From the NCBI GenBank assembly GCA_029932605.1, contig JAOZPT010000008.1, positions 1-63,826 of the forward strand: a stretch of DNA of 63,826 bases. The letters are read 5' to 3'. Numbering within the stretch: the first letter of the stretch is position 1; the number at the start of each line of letters is the position of its first letter. A program made the translations under genes and the position numbers. This DNA is from Candidatus Zixiibacteriota bacterium. GTDB taxonomy: Bacteria; Zixibacteria; MSB-5A5; UBA10806; 4484-95. The notes beneath the pieces were generated by a model, which saw nothing but the letters and a program-made list of their open reading frames with translations, had not been told where the DNA came from and searched no databases. This document shows, one piece after another, positions 38,457 to 48,927 of the stretch.

Positions 38457-39527
38457 ATGATATATAGAACCCGTGATGAAAAATTGATGGCGATGGCGTT
38501 AAGGCTTGCTGTGAAAGGTTTGGGAGAAACCTCACCCAATCCGGTTGTGGGTTGCCTGTTGTATAAAAATGGACATATAATCGCCAAAGATTACCACCAT
38601 AAAGCCGGTCAACCCCATGCAGAAGTTCTGGTGCTCAGAAAAGCCGGGGTTGAAGCATCGGGAGCGACTATGTATGTAACCCTTGAACCCTGTTCTACCT
38701 ATGGGCGAACGCCACCATGCACCGAGGAAATCATCAAAGCCAAAGTAAGAAAAGTAATCATTGGAACTATTGACCCGAACCCAAAAATCAACGGTCGTGG
38801 TGTGCAAGCATTGAAAAAAGCCGGAATTGAGGTTGTAACCGGTGTCATAAAAGAAGAATGTAAAAAAATAAATGTAGCTTATAATAAATTTATAACAACT
38901 AAATTGCCTTTTGTAACAGTAAAATTTGCCCAGAGTCTTGATGGTCGTATCGCCACCCAGAACGGCTCCTCGCAATGGATATCATCTCAGCAATCGCTGA
39001 AATTTGCTCACTGTTTGCGCGCTCAAAACGATGCGATATTGGTCGGCGCTAACACCGCCAACAGGAATAACCCACAGCTTACTGTCAGGCTGGTTAAAGG
39101 CAGAAATCCAGTTAGAATAATCCTTTCAGAATCGGGGCAAGTTAAAAAGAACCTCAAGCTCTTTACCGATAAAAACGCGCCTACGATACTTGCAACATCC
39201 CGCAAGGCTAGGATTGATTTTGATGTGGAGAAAATATTGTTACCCAAAAGATCGAAAGGATTGAATCTTGAAACCCTTTTAAGGAAACTTTCTGATAGAG
39301 ATATCATGTCTCTTCTTGTTGAGGGTGGGGCGATGGTGATAACAAGTTTCTTGAAACAAAACATGGTTGATAGGATTATTGTTATCGTTGCCCCGATTTT
39401 GATTGGTCGGGGAGTTGAGGCTGTAACTGATTTACATATAAAAGATATCAGTCAAGCCTTGAAATTAAAAAACGTTGAGTACAAGAAAATGGGTTCTGAC
39501 TTTGTGGTTTTCGGAGATTTGAACTGA
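38457..39527 (+). CDS. ribD: bifunctional riboflavin biosynthesis protein RibD (deaminase/reductase)
   Basis: The deaminase motifs HAEV...TLEPC...PPC are followed by the reductase domain. Confidence 0.92.
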   Translation: MIYRTRDEKLMAMALRLAVKGLGETSPNPVVGCLLYKNGHIIAKDYHHKAGQPHAEVLVLRKAGVEASGATMYVTLEPCSTYGRTPPCTEEIIKAKVRKVIIGTIDPNPKINGRGVQALKKAGIEVVTGVIKEECKKINVAYNKFITTKLPFVTVKFAQSLDGRIATQNGSSQWISSQQSLKFAHCLRAQNDAILVGANTANRNNPQLTVRLVKGRNPVRIILSESGQVKKNLKLFTDKNAPTILATSRKARIDFDVEKILLPKRSKGLNLETLLRKLSDRDIMSLLVEGGAMVITSFLKQNMVDRIIVIVAPILIGRGVEAVTDLHIKDISQALKLKNVEYKKMGSDFVVFGDLN

Positions 39528-40178
39528 ATGTTTACGGGTATAATACAGGAAATAGGTATTGTGAAGTTTGCGCAGAAGAAGGGTGACAGTCTGTTGATTC
39601 AAATTGAGTCGCCCAAGTCTTCGAAGTTGTTAAAAGTGGGTGGAAGTATCAATATAAACGGGGCCTGTCAGAGTGCGATTAAAATCTCACCTGTTTCAAG
39701 TGATTCAGGTAGCTGGTTTGAGGTTCAAGCTACTTCGGAAACCATTTCCCGCACTAACTTTAAGTTTCTTCAAGCTGGAGATAGGGTTAACCTTGAACTT
39801 CCGCTTTCCTTAAACGATCCCCTTGGTGGTCATCTTGTGACCGGCCATATCGATGATACCGGTCGGATAACGGATATTAAGCCCAGTGGTGGGAGCATCT
39901 TAATGCGTATTGTTTTCAAACCGGAATACAACTGCTACTTGGTTGAGAAAGGCTCTGTGGCTATTGATGGCATCAGTTTGACCGTTTTTGATGTCGAAAC
40001 GGAATGTTTCACGATTTCACTTATCCCCGAAACCATTGAACGGACAAATTTAAAATTTCGAAATATAGGGGATGTTGTTAACTTGGAGTTTGATCAAATT
40101 GGTAAATATATTGAGAAATTTATGAAAAAAGATGGCAAAGGAATAACCATGGATTTTTTAAAAAGACATGGGTTTTAA
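39528..40178 (+). CDS. ribE: riboflavin synthase (alpha chain)
   Basis: Starts [10 protein letters not shown] and shows the internal duplication (GDRVNLE / GDVVNLE). Confidence 0.92.
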   Translation: MFTGIIQEIGIVKFAQKKGDSLLIQIESPKSSKLLKVGGSININGACQSAIKISPVSSDSGSWFEVQATSETISRTNFKFLQAGDRVNLELPLSLNDPLGGHLVTGHIDDTGRITDIKPSGGSILMRIVFKPEYNCYLVEKGSVAIDGISLTVFDVETECFTISLIPETIERTNLKFRNIGDVVNLEFDQIGKYIEKFMKKDGKGITMDFLKRHGF

Positions 40179-40188
40179 GGGTGAAAAA

Positions 40189-41421
40189 ATGACTGATTTT
40201 GATGAAGTTTCAGAAGCCATTGAGGATATAAAGCAGGGTAAAATCGTCATCGTCTGTGATGATGAAGACCGCGAAAACGAGGGCGATATGATAATGGCCG
40301 CCCAAAAGGTTACTCCGGATGCGATAAATTTCATAAGCAAATATGCCCGGGGACTATTGTGCGTCCCACTACCCAATGAGAGATTGGAACAGTTGAGATT
40401 GGATCAAATGGTGACGGTCAATACCGCCAAGATGGGGACACGGTTTACCGTTTCGGTTGATTACCTGATAGGAACGACTACAGGCATATCGGCATTTGAC
40501 CGGGCGGCCACCATAAAAGCTTTAGCTGATGATAAAACCAAGCCGGAGGATTTGGGCCGGCCAGGTCATATATTCCCTCTTCAGGCAAGAGATGGAGGAG
40601 TGCTTACCCGTGCCGGTCATACCGAGGCTACTGTGGATTTATGTCGCTTAGCAGGCCTAAAACCGTATGGTGTTCTATGCGAGATACTTGATGATGATGG
40701 ATCGATGGCAAGGGTACCACGTCTTATGGAACTTGCAAAAAAATATGATATGAAGATAGTAACGGTGAAGGACCTGATTGCATATCGCCGCCACCATGAA
40801 AAGTTTGTTAAGAGGGTTGAAACTGTCCGGTTTCCTACGAAATTTGGTAGTTTCAAATTGCACCTTTACGAAAGTGCGATTGATGACCATCACCACTTAG
40901 TAATAGAGAAAGGCGAGGTGGCAGGCAAAAATAACGTGCTTGTAAGGGTGCACTCATCTTGCCTGACTGGTGATGTTTTCGGTTCCTGTCGATGTGATTG
41001 TGGGGACCAGCTGGCCGAATCGTTGAGAATGGTGGAAAAAGAGGGGTTGGGAGTGGTTTTATATATGCGTCAGGAGGGAAGAGGTATCGGTTTGGCTAAC
41101 AAGATAAAAGCCTATAAGCTTCAGGACAAAGGTAAGGATACGGTTGAGGCCAATATAGAGCTGGGATTTGACCCGGATCTGCGTGATTATGGAATCGGCG
41201 CCCAGATATTAGTTGATATGGGATTGTCAACTATAAGGCTTATAACAAATAATCCCAAGAAAGTGGTTGGTCTCAGCGGTTATGGATTGAAAGTTACCAG
41301 TCGGGTGCCCATGAATATCCCACCCAATAAATTCAACGCCCGCTACCTCGAAACCAAACGCGATAAATTGGGTCATTTAATAGAAATCACCTCCTGTAAT
41401 ATTTTAAACGAAGGGGAATGA
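40189..41421 (+). CDS. ribBA: bifunctional 3,4-dihydroxy-2-butanone-4-phosphate synthase / GTP cyclohydrolase II
   Basis: [10 protein letters not shown] and RAGHTEA (RibB part); [15 protein letters not shown] and [11 protein letters not shown] (RibA part). The ATG at 40189 is preferred over the track start at 40168. Confidence 0.93.
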   Translation: MTDFDEVSEAIEDIKQGKIVIVCDDEDRENEGDMIMAAQKVTPDAINFISKYARGLLCVPLPNERLEQLRLDQMVTVNTAKMGTRFTVSVDYLIGTTTGISAFDRAATIKALADDKTKPEDLGRPGHIFPLQARDGGVLTRAGHTEATVDLCRLAGLKPYGVLCEILDDDGSMARVPRLMELAKKYDMKIVTVKDLIAYRRHHEKFVKRVETVRFPTKFGSFKLHLYESAIDDHHHLVIEKGEVAGKNNVLVRVHSSCLTGDVFGSCRCDCGDQLAESLRMVEKEGLGVVLYMRQEGRGIGLANKIKAYKLQDKGKDTVEANIELGFDPDLRDYGIGAQILVDMGLSTIRLITNNPKKVVGLSGYGLKVTSRVPMNIPPNKFNARYLETKRDKLGHLIEITSCNILNEGE

Positions 41422-41422
41422 G

Positions 41423-41881
41423 ATGGAGATAGCAGGAAATTTAAATGCGTCGGGATTCAAGTTTGCCCTTGTCGTCTCCCGATTTAACGAGTTTTTCACA
41501 ACCAAGCTTCTCGAGGGCACTCTTGATTGCCTTAAACGCCATGGTGCCTCTGAGAAAGATATTGATATCATCAGGGTGCCGGGTTCGTTTGAGATACCTT
41601 ATGCCGCTTCAAAACTTGCCAGGGGTAAAAAATATGATGCTGTAATCTGCTTGGGTGTTATTATTCGCGGTCAGACGCCACATTACGAGTATGTCTCAAG
41701 CGAGGTTGCTAAAGGGATTGCCAGGATATCTCTTGAGAACGAACTGCCGGTAATATTTGGTATAGTCACAGCTGATACATTAGAGCAGGCGATTGAACGT
41801 TCTGGATCAAAGTCAGGCAACAGGGGATTTGCAGCAGCCTTGACGGCAATAGAGATGGTCAATTTGTTCAGAGAGATTTAA
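41423..41881 (+). CDS. ribH: 6,7-dimethyl-8-ribityllumazine synthase
   Basis: [14 protein letters not shown] and [14 protein letters not shown]. Confidence 0.93.
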   Translation: MEIAGNLNASGFKFALVVSRFNEFFTTKLLEGTLDCLKRHGASEKDIDIIRVPGSFEIPYAASKLARGKKYDAVICLGVIIRGQTPHYEYVSSEVAKGIARISLENELPVIFGIVTADTLEQAIERSGSKSGNRGFAAALTAIEMVNLFREI

Positions 41882-41884
41882 TTT

Positions 41885-42298
41885 ATGGGCCAGAGGCATA
41901 AGGCGCGTTGTACCGTCTTGGATCTTTTATACTCGATTGAAATCGGTAATAAGGATAATATAGAGGAAAATTTAAGATATTGTGCTTCCTTACACAAGTT
42001 AAACGCCGATGGTTTTGATTTTGCCAAAAAGCTGTTTAATGTTATCAATGAGAATATCGACGCAATCAATAGTATTCTCGAAAAGCATGTAAAAAACTGG
42101 GCTATTAACCGTCTGGCAATTGTCGATAAAAATATTTTAAGACTCGGTATTGGTGAGATAAAATATCTTCCCGATGTACCGGTTAAAGTAGCGATAGATG
42201 AGGCTATCGAGCTGGCTAAAAAATATGGTTCTGCCGATTCGGGAAGATTTGTAAATGGTATTCTTGATGCTGTATTCAATGATGATAGGCAAGTTTAA
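41885..42298 (+). CDS. nusB: transcription antitermination factor NusB
   Basis: 137 aa in the classic position after ribH, with DKNILRLGIGEI and AIDEAIELAKKYG. Confidence 0.9.
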   Translation: MGQRHKARCTVLDLLYSIEIGNKDNIEENLRYCASLHKLNADGFDFAKKLFNVINENIDAINSILEKHVKNWAINRLAIVDKNILRLGIGEIKYLPDVPVKVAIDEAIELAKKYGSADSGRFVNGILDAVFNDDRQV

Positions 42299-42300
42299 AG

Positions 42301-42328
42301 TTGACTTGAAACGGTTATTTCCTAAATT
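42301..42328 (+). promoter_or_regulatory. sigma70-type promoter TTGACT-N16-TAAATT
   Basis: TTGACT 42301-42306 and TAAATT 42323-42328, immediately after the nusB stop. Confidence 0.35.
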
Positions 42329-42341
42329 TAGCGTTAATGGT

Positions 42342-42366
42342 GACCCGTATAGCGGGTCTATGTTTT
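42342..42366 (+). terminator. hairpin GACCCG-TATAG-CGGGTC followed by TATGTTTT
   Basis: 6-bp GC-rich stem at 42342-42358 with a weak T tract. It could be the nusB terminator or a 5'-UTR hairpin of the next gene. Confidence 0.35.
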
Positions 42367-42370
42367 GATT

Positions 42371-43105
42371 ATGAAAACGAGAATAGAAGAAGAGGTCGAA
42401 GTTTTTGATGAAACAGCCGCCTATGATGAATTGATGTCCCGACCGTATACCAGGTATTTGAAAAAAAAGATAGATGATTGCCTTTCATCGTTAAGTATTA
42501 AAAACGCTGTTATTTTTGAACTCGGCTGTGGCGTTTCCGAGCATACAGATTTATTTAAAAAGGATAATTATCTTGTCCTTTCCGATATCACCTATTCGCT
42601 TTTAAAACGCAACGATCCTGATTGCGGACGGGTAGTTGCCGATGCTCAGGTTCTGCCGTTTAAATCGGGGATGTGTGACCTGGTAATATGTCTGGGCATT
42701 CTCCATCATCTACCTGACCAGTATGCTTCTTTAACTGAGGTGGGAAGAGTATTGAAACCGGGCGGTAGGATATTTATTCAAGAACCACATCGGATGAGTC
42801 TTAACTTTTTTTACCACTATGGACGACGCCTTTTCATGAAACTGTTCGGAGTGGAAAAAGTAAAAAAAATGATTGGTTGTTTTTCTCCGGAGGAGTGGCA
42901 GCTTGATGTCAAAGCCCTGAAAAGAGCTTTTAAACATGGTTATACGTTCAAGAGGTGGACGATATTGACATTCAGACTGCCTCCATTTAGAATATTTAAA
43001 AAATGGAAACTTGATGTATCGTTGTCGAAATTTTTCGACCGTTTACCTGTGTTCAAACATTTCGGAACTACAATTTTTTATGAGGTGATTAAGAAGGAAC
43101 GCTGA
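42371..43105 (+). CDS. class I SAM-dependent methyltransferase
   Basis: Motif I VIFELGCGVSE and a post-I acidic LSDI, plus LKPGGRIFI. The ATG at 42371 is preferred to the TTG at 42365. Confidence 0.75.
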   Translation: MKTRIEEEVEVFDETAAYDELMSRPYTRYLKKKIDDCLSSLSIKNAVIFELGCGVSEHTDLFKKDNYLVLSDITYSLLKRNDPDCGRVVADAQVLPFKSGMCDLVICLGILHHLPDQYASLTEVGRVLKPGGRIFIQEPHRMSLNFFYHYGRRLFMKLFGVEKVKKMIGCFSPEEWQLDVKALKRAFKHGYTFKRWTILTFRLPPFRIFKKWKLDVSLSKFFDRLPVFKHFGTTIFYEVIKKER

Positions 43106-45534
43106 TGAAACTTTACAAAGACAAGATTTTTTTGGTATTTGGCATTGTCGCTGGACTTTTTAGCCTTGTTATTTATTATCTCACCAAAGCTCCAACATTA
43201 TCTTTCTGGGATTGTGGTGAGTTTATAGCCTGTGCAAATATATTGGGTATTCCGCATCCGCCGGGGACACCGCTATATGTCCTTATTGGAAGGTTCTTTA
43301 CTCTTTTACCATTGCCTTTCAATGATGCTGTGAAGGTTAATATCATCAGTGTCATCTCATCAGCCATAGCTGTCTTTGTCGCTTACTGGCTGATAATACG
43401 TCTCATTATAGGATTTAAGGATGAAAAATTGAGTTTGTGGAGAAAGCTGGCTCTATCAGTAGGCGGTTTTTCAGGTAGTTTGGTGTTGGGTTTTTCATCG
43501 ACATTCTGGGATAATGCTATTGAGGCCGAAGTCTATGGGCTGTCGATGATGCTGATACTGATTCTTTGCTATATATTATTGATATGGTCCAACAGGATTG
43601 GCCAGCCTGGTTCCGGCAAGTATATTGTGGCGATAACATATCTAGCATTTTTAGGAATTGGAATCCATATGACCACCTTTTTAGTGGTGCCCGTTTTGGT
43701 TCTTTATATGGCAATCAAAGACAGATCTTTGTTAACCGATTGGCGATTCTGGTTAGTTTGGATAATATTGATGATGATAATGAGTTTTCTGGATATTTTT
43801 CTGTATGGTGTGGCTGTCCTTCTTGTCGTATCGGGAATACTTGTATTTACCGCCAAAAGGAGTCCTTATATGCTAAGGTTAGTTTTTGCCTTGACCTTAG
43901 CAACGGTTATAGGTTATTCCACTCACCTTTATCTTCCAATCAGAGCTCAGCTAAAACCGGCAATTAACGAGAATAACCCCAGTGACTGGCAGAGATTTAA
44001 GTCGCTTTTGGAGCGTAAACAATATGGCCAGGAATCGATGATTACCCGAATGTTTCATCGCCGTGGTTCTTGGTCCAACCAGTTTGGAGTTCATCCGCAT
44101 ATGGGGTTTTGGGGTTATTTCAGAGAGCAATATTCAAAACTATGGGCAGCATTTTTATTTTTTGCTATAGGGATATGGGGAATTTATGAAGCTATTCGGC
44201 GGGATAGAATAAACGGTGTATGGATGTTGCTTTTATTTTTAATATCATCATTGGGATTGGTGTTGTATTTGAATTTTTCAGATGGGACCCGTGGAGCTAT
44301 CCTCGAAGTCCGCAACAGAGATTACTTTTTCACTCCGGGCTTTATGTTTTTTGCATTATTTATAGGTGTGGGTTTAACCGGTCTCTTAAGTGATCTCTCT
44401 GCATGGATTAAGGGAAAACCTGTGCGAAAGGGCCTTTTTATATTAGCTTTGGTGGTTACTTTATTTTTTCCAATTCATACTCTTATGGCAAATTATTTTG
44501 TTCATGACCGTTCCAAGAATTTCATCCCTTGGGATTACGCCTATAACATTCTTATTTCAGTTGATAAAGACGGTGTAGTTTTTACCAATGGTGATAACGA
44601 TACTTTCCCATTGTGGTATCTCCAGGAGGTGGAGAAAATTCGTACGGATGTAAAGGTTGTCAATTTGAGTCTTTTGAATACTCCCTGGTATATTCACCAG
44701 CTGAAGGACCAGATGGGTGTACCGATCAGTTATTCTTATGAGGAAATAGAAAACCTCCGACCGATATGGCTTCCCGACAAGGAGAAAGTATGGAAGGTCC
44801 AAGACCAGATGATTCGTCATATAATTCAGACTAATAAATGGAAGATTCCAATATATTTTGCTGTGACCGTTTCAACTGCCAACAAACTTGGTCTTGATGA
44901 TTATATGATAATGGAGGGCATGGCTTATAGGGTGGTTCCTACCAAGGGGAAGAATAGAATCAACCTTGATTTGATGTGGAAGCGTTATATGGAGGAGTGT
45001 AAGTTCCGAGGACTTAACGATCCCACCGTATACAAAGGTGAAAACGATAATCGGCTTATAGCGAATTATGTGTCGGGATTTTTACAGCTAGCTGATACAT
45101 TAAGGAACGCAGGACAGATAGAAAAAGCAATTAAAGCTGCTCGTAAGGGAGTAGAAATTTATCCTAATGAGTGGCGGTCAAGAGCTTATCTTGCTGGGCT
45201 ATATGTTTTAGCTGGATATACCGATAGTATAGATAGTGTAGTAGAGGGTTTTGAATCTGGTGATATTGAGAAGATTTATATAAATGCGGCCAGGGAACTT
45301 ATACTTAAACAAAAATGGGAGGAAAGCAAACCTCTTTTGTATAAAGCACTTCATTATAACCCAAAGTCGAGGATGGCATTCAACAACTTAATGATAGTGG
45401 AAAATCAAGTTAATAATTACCGTGCTGTTGATAGCCTTGCGGAAATGTGGCGTCAGCTTCATAAAGATAACCCTGCTGCACTTGCTGAGCTTGAAAATCT
45501 TTTAAAAGCGCTGGAAGACCGCCGGGAGAATTAA
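43105..45534 (+). CDS. DUF2723-family GT-C-fold glycosyltransferase with C-terminal TPR domain (TMEM260/PMT-like)
   Basis: N-terminus ...YYLTKAPTLSFWDCGEFIACANILGIPHPPGTPLYVLIGR... is the DUF2723 signature. About 11 TMs, a large soluble domain, then TPR-like repeats follow. Confidence 0.7.
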   Translation: MKLYKDKIFLVFGIVAGLFSLVIYYLTKAPTLSFWDCGEFIACANILGIPHPPGTPLYVLIGRFFTLLPLPFNDAVKVNIISVISSAIAVFVAYWLIIRLIIGFKDEKLSLWRKLALSVGGFSGSLVLGFSSTFWDNAIEAEVYGLSMMLILILCYILLIWSNRIGQPGSGKYIVAITYLAFLGIGIHMTTFLVVPVLVLYMAIKDRSLLTDWRFWLVWIILMMIMSFLDIFLYGVAVLLVVSGILVFTAKRSPYMLRLVFALTLATVIGYSTHLYLPIRAQLKPAINENNPSDWQRFKSLLERKQYGQESMITRMFHRRGSWSNQFGVHPHMGFWGYFREQYSKLWAAFLFFAIGIWGIYEAIRRDRINGVWMLLLFLISSLGLVLYLNFSDGTRGAILEVRNRDYFFTPGFMFFALFIGVGLTGLLSDLSAWIKGKPVRKGLFILALVVTLFFPIHTLMANYFVHDRSKNFIPWDYAYNILISVDKDGVVFTNGDNDTFPLWYLQEVEKIRTDVKVVNLSLLNTPWYIHQLKDQMGVPISYSYEEIENLRPIWLPDKEKVWKVQDQMIRHIIQTNKWKIPIYFAVTVSTANKLGLDDYMIMEGMAYRVVPTKGKNRINLDLMWKRYMEECKFRGLNDPTVYKGENDNRLIANYVSGFLQLADTLRNAGQIEKAIKAARKGVEIYPNEWRSRAYLAGLYVLAGYTDSIDSVVEGFESGDIEKIYINAARELILKQKWEESKPLLYKALHYNPKSRMAFNNLMIVENQVNNYRAVDSLAEMWRQLHKDNPAALAELENLLKALEDRREN

Positions 45535-45535
45535 A

Positions 45536-46651
45536 GTGGCTCGTATTCTCGCCGTTAACTGGCAGGATTTGAAACATCCTGCATCAGGTGGAGCTGAGAT
45601 ACACCTTGAGGAGATTTTAAGGAGACTTGTTAAACGGGGACACAAAATCGACCTTTTATGCTGTAATTTTCCGGGTGGTAAAAGAGAGGAAAATGTAGAA
45701 GGGGTAAATATAATTAGGCATGGTTCGAGAACTTTTTTTAATTATGTTGTTCCTCTGGTTTTAAGAAGTTTAATCAAAAAAAATAAGTATGATTTAATAT
45801 TTGAGGATGTAAACAAAGTACCATTTTACACTCCTCTTTACCATAAGTTACCAGTATTGGTGATATTCCACCATCTTTTTGGTGGTTCGATTTTTCGAGA
45901 GATAAACTTATTTTTGGGTATATATATCTACTTATCAGAAAAGCCCGTTCCTTTATTTTATAAAAAAAATCATCTAATGGTTGTTTCGGAATCGACAGCT
46001 CAGGAGATAATTAGCAAGGGTATATCCAAGAGCCATGTTCATGTTGTTCATAATGGTATCGACAAGGATGTTTATAATTTCGACAGCAACGTGACAAAGT
46101 TTGAAAGGCCTACTATTTTATATGTTGGGCGCATAAAAAAATATAAATCGATTGAGACAGCGATTGATGCCATGCCTGGTATATTACAGCGTTTACCAGA
46201 GGCGAAATTGGTTATAATCGGGACTGGTGACCATTTACCAGTTCTTAAAGAGTACGTAAAGAGAAAACGGCTTACTGACTTCATCGAACTTGAGGGATTT
46301 GTGTCGCAGGAGACCAAGATTGAATATTACAGGAGGTCACACCTTTTGGTTTATCCATCTTATAAAGAGGGCTGGGGTTTAACCAATATTGAGGCGAATG
46401 CTTGTGGTACAACTGTTTTGGCCTCTCGGGTGCCAGGCCTTCGCGATTCAGTCGATGAAGGGAAATCAGGCCTATTATTTGAATATGGAAATGTGAATGA
46501 GTTTGTCGAGAAAGTATTAAAAATATTAACTGATAATGACTACAGGTCACAACTTGAGAAAGGTGCTTTGGTACATGCTTCCAAATTTTCCTGGGACAAA
46601 ACCACCGATAAAACCGAGAATCTAATGGAGCTTATTCTCTCTGGAAAATGA
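45536..46651 (+). CDS. glycosyltransferase family 4 (GT-B, group 1)
   Basis: GGAEIH N-terminal motif, ILYVGRIKKYK, and EGWGLTNIEANACGTTVLASRVPGLRDSV (EX7E region). Confidence 0.85.
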   Translation: MARILAVNWQDLKHPASGGAEIHLEEILRRLVKRGHKIDLLCCNFPGGKREENVEGVNIIRHGSRTFFNYVVPLVLRSLIKKNKYDLIFEDVNKVPFYTPLYHKLPVLVIFHHLFGGSIFREINLFLGIYIYLSEKPVPLFYKKNHLMVVSESTAQEIISKGISKSHVHVVHNGIDKDVYNFDSNVTKFERPTILYVGRIKKYKSIETAIDAMPGILQRLPEAKLVIIGTGDHLPVLKEYVKRKRLTDFIELEGFVSQETKIEYYRRSHLLVYPSYKEGWGLTNIEANACGTTVLASRVPGLRDSVDEGKSGLLFEYGNVNEFVEKVLKILTDNDYRSQLEKGALVHASKFSWDKTTDKTENLMELILSGK

Positions 46652-47664
46652 AAAAGGTTCGTTGGAATGTCTTTATAGGTCTTTTTATAAGCCTTATACT
46701 TGTGATTTATATACTAAGTAGGGTTGATTATAAGGAGGTGGCAAACGCCTTTTCAGGGGCTTCATATATTTGGACCATACCCACAATGTTGGGAGGGTTA
46801 TTTGCTATGTGGATAAGGGCTATTCGCTGGCGGTGGCTTTTAAAACCTGTAAGGTTATTGAAAATTCACACGTTGTTCTCATCTGTGATGATAGGTTTTA
46901 TGGCCAATAACCTTCTACCCGCTCGTATTGGCGAGCTAGTAAGAGCAATATCGCTAAGCAAGAAACATCAGTTGAGTAAATCATCGGTATTTGCCACCGT
47001 TGTTGCAGAAAGGGTTTTTGACAGTATTGGGTTGTTAATAGTATTCTGGTTAAGCTTTTTTTTTATAGATTATCCTGAAGAGCTTAAGAAAGCCGGGTTT
47101 TTTATATTTATATTTATCTGTTTGATTATGGTTTTTCTTTATCTTCTAAAGATGAAAACTGACTTAGGAGTTAGATTAATCTGCAAGCCGTTAGCAAGAT
47201 TCTCCGTAAAACTCTCGACAAAGGTTGAATCTATCCTGAGGAAATTTGCAATTGGTTTATCTGTGTTAACCACTCCATCATCAATAATCATCATTCTATT
47301 GATTTCAATTTTTCTCTGGATTTTCACCGGTCTGACAGGTTATTTGATATTTATTGCATTTGGCCTGTATCCGGAAATCTGGGCTGCTTTTATACTTCTG
47401 TTCGTTTCGGTTTTGGCTGTATCGTTACCCTCCTCGCCGGGTTATGTTGGCACTTTTCATGCCGCTTGCATTATCGCTTTTAACCTTATAAGTTCATTGG
47501 GGATGTTCAACCAGGAGATATCCAAATCGGTGGCCTTATCTTACTCGGTGGTCTTATGGTCATGCCAGTTTTTCCCGGTAACTATAATCGGGTTGTATTA
47601 TTTGAAAAAGGAACATTTGAGGTTTAAGGATATTAAAAAAAAGCAAGTTTTAACTGGACAATAA
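46648..47664 (+). CDS. UPF0104 / lysylphosphatidylglycerol-synthase-TM-like (flippase-like) membrane protein
   Basis: 338 aa, about 8 TMs, with RAIRWRWLL and NNLLPARIGELVR segments typical of the family. Confidence 0.6.
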   Translation: MKKVRWNVFIGLFISLILVIYILSRVDYKEVANAFSGASYIWTIPTMLGGLFAMWIRAIRWRWLLKPVRLLKIHTLFSSVMIGFMANNLLPARIGELVRAISLSKKHQLSKSSVFATVVAERVFDSIGLLIVFWLSFFFIDYPEELKKAGFFIFIFICLIMVFLYLLKMKTDLGVRLICKPLARFSVKLSTKVESILRKFAIGLSVLTTPSSIIIILLISIFLWIFTGLTGYLIFIAFGLYPEIWAAFILLFVSVLAVSLPSSPGYVGTFHAACIIAFNLISSLGMFNQEISKSVALSYSVVLWSCQFFPVTIIGLYYLKKEHLRFKDIKKKQVLTGQ

Positions 47665-47725
47665 CTGGTGGGATGTTAACCATTGAAAATGGGAGTAAAG
47701 GTGTTCGGGAATGTTCTGAAAGATA

Positions 47726-47754
47726 TTGACATAAAATCAGTAATAAGATATAAT
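47726..47754 (+). promoter_or_regulatory. perfect-consensus sigma70 promoter TTGACA-N17-TATAAT
   Basis: TTGACA 47726-47731, an exactly 17-nt spacer, TATAAT 47749-47754. It lies 126 nt upstream of the GT2 start. Confidence 0.6.
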
Positions 47755-47880
47755 AATTCTTTGTGGTTTCATGTATTGAAAGTTGAGCAAAGTTACGCCA
47801 AGCAAAGTCTGTTTGGCTAGTTAGACCCTGATACCACATGGAATAGGGTAATTGATGGAATTGTAGTAAAAAGGGACAAT

Positions 47881-48837
47881 GTGGTCGAAGAAAGATCTTG
47901 TGATATATCCGTAATTATACCGGTATATGACGAAGAAAGTAATGTTCCCTTGCTTTATCCGAAACTAAAGAATGTTTTGGATAAGCTTGGCAAGAACTAC
48001 GAAATCGTTTATATCGATGATGGAAGTAGAGATAACACCTTCAACGAATTATCCCGATTACACGCTCAGGATAATAGGGTCCGTGTAATACGCTTTTCAA
48101 CTAATTTTGGGAAATCAGCTGCTTATGCCGCTGGTTTCAGATTTGCCATTGGAGATGTCATTATTACTATGGATGGAGATTTACAAGATGATCCGGAAGA
48201 TATCCCGCTCCTGCTGGGTAAAATTGAAGAAGGGAACGATCTTGTTGTGGGATGGAAATACGAGGGGAGAGGACCTAAAAGCAAGTCGATACCATCATGG
48301 CTTTTTAATAAAGTTACCCCTTTGTTAACTCGTATGAAGATTCATGATATGAATTGTCCTTTTAAAGGTTATCGTAAGCATGTAGCTAAAAATCTAGCGG
48401 ATAAAATATATGGTGAATTATATCGATATTTACCGTTAATAGCTAGAAATAGGGGGTATAGAATAGAAGAGGTAAAAGTGAGAAACTTACCACGACAATA
48501 CGGCCAGAGTAAGTATGGTGTGTCAAAATTTCTAAAGGGGTTTCTGGATTTCCTTACCATATTGTTTTTGACCCGATTTACAATGAGTCCACTATATTTT
48601 TTTGGTACAATTGGTTTAATTTCTACTTTGATTGGTGGAACTATTGTATTGTTATTATACATTCAAAAGTTCTTTTTTGGTATAAACGTAGGCAACTACA
48701 TGCCCCTATTCACCCTATCAATCCTTATGGTCATTTTTGGGGTTCAATTCATTTCCATTGGGTTACTTGGGGAAATGATAGTCCAAAAAGATAGAGCCCA
48801 TGCTGATGATTATACAATCGAGACGATATTGAAATAG
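47881..48837 (+). CDS. GT2 polyprenol-phosphate glycosyltransferase (DPM1/ArnC/GtrB-like)
   Basis: SVIIPVYDEE, YIDDGSRDNT, DGDLQDDPEDIP and two C-terminal TMs. GTG start. Confidence 0.85.
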   Translation: MVEERSCDISVIIPVYDEESNVPLLYPKLKNVLDKLGKNYEIVYIDDGSRDNTFNELSRLHAQDNRVRVIRFSTNFGKSAAYAAGFRFAIGDVIITMDGDLQDDPEDIPLLLGKIEEGNDLVVGWKYEGRGPKSKSIPSWLFNKVTPLLTRMKIHDMNCPFKGYRKHVAKNLADKIYGELYRYLPLIARNRGYRIEEVKVRNLPRQYGQSKYGVSKFLKGFLDFLTILFLTRFTMSPLYFFGTIGLISTLIGGTIVLLLYIQKFFFGINVGNYMPLFTLSILMVIFGVQFISIGLLGEMIVQKDRAHADDYTIETILK

Positions 48838-48927
48838 AAGGAATTAAAAAAGGTGTATGCTATTCACCAAAATCGTGTTGTTTTTTTCTTTATCGGTGCA
48901 GTGAATGTTAATTAGAGACATAGAATT

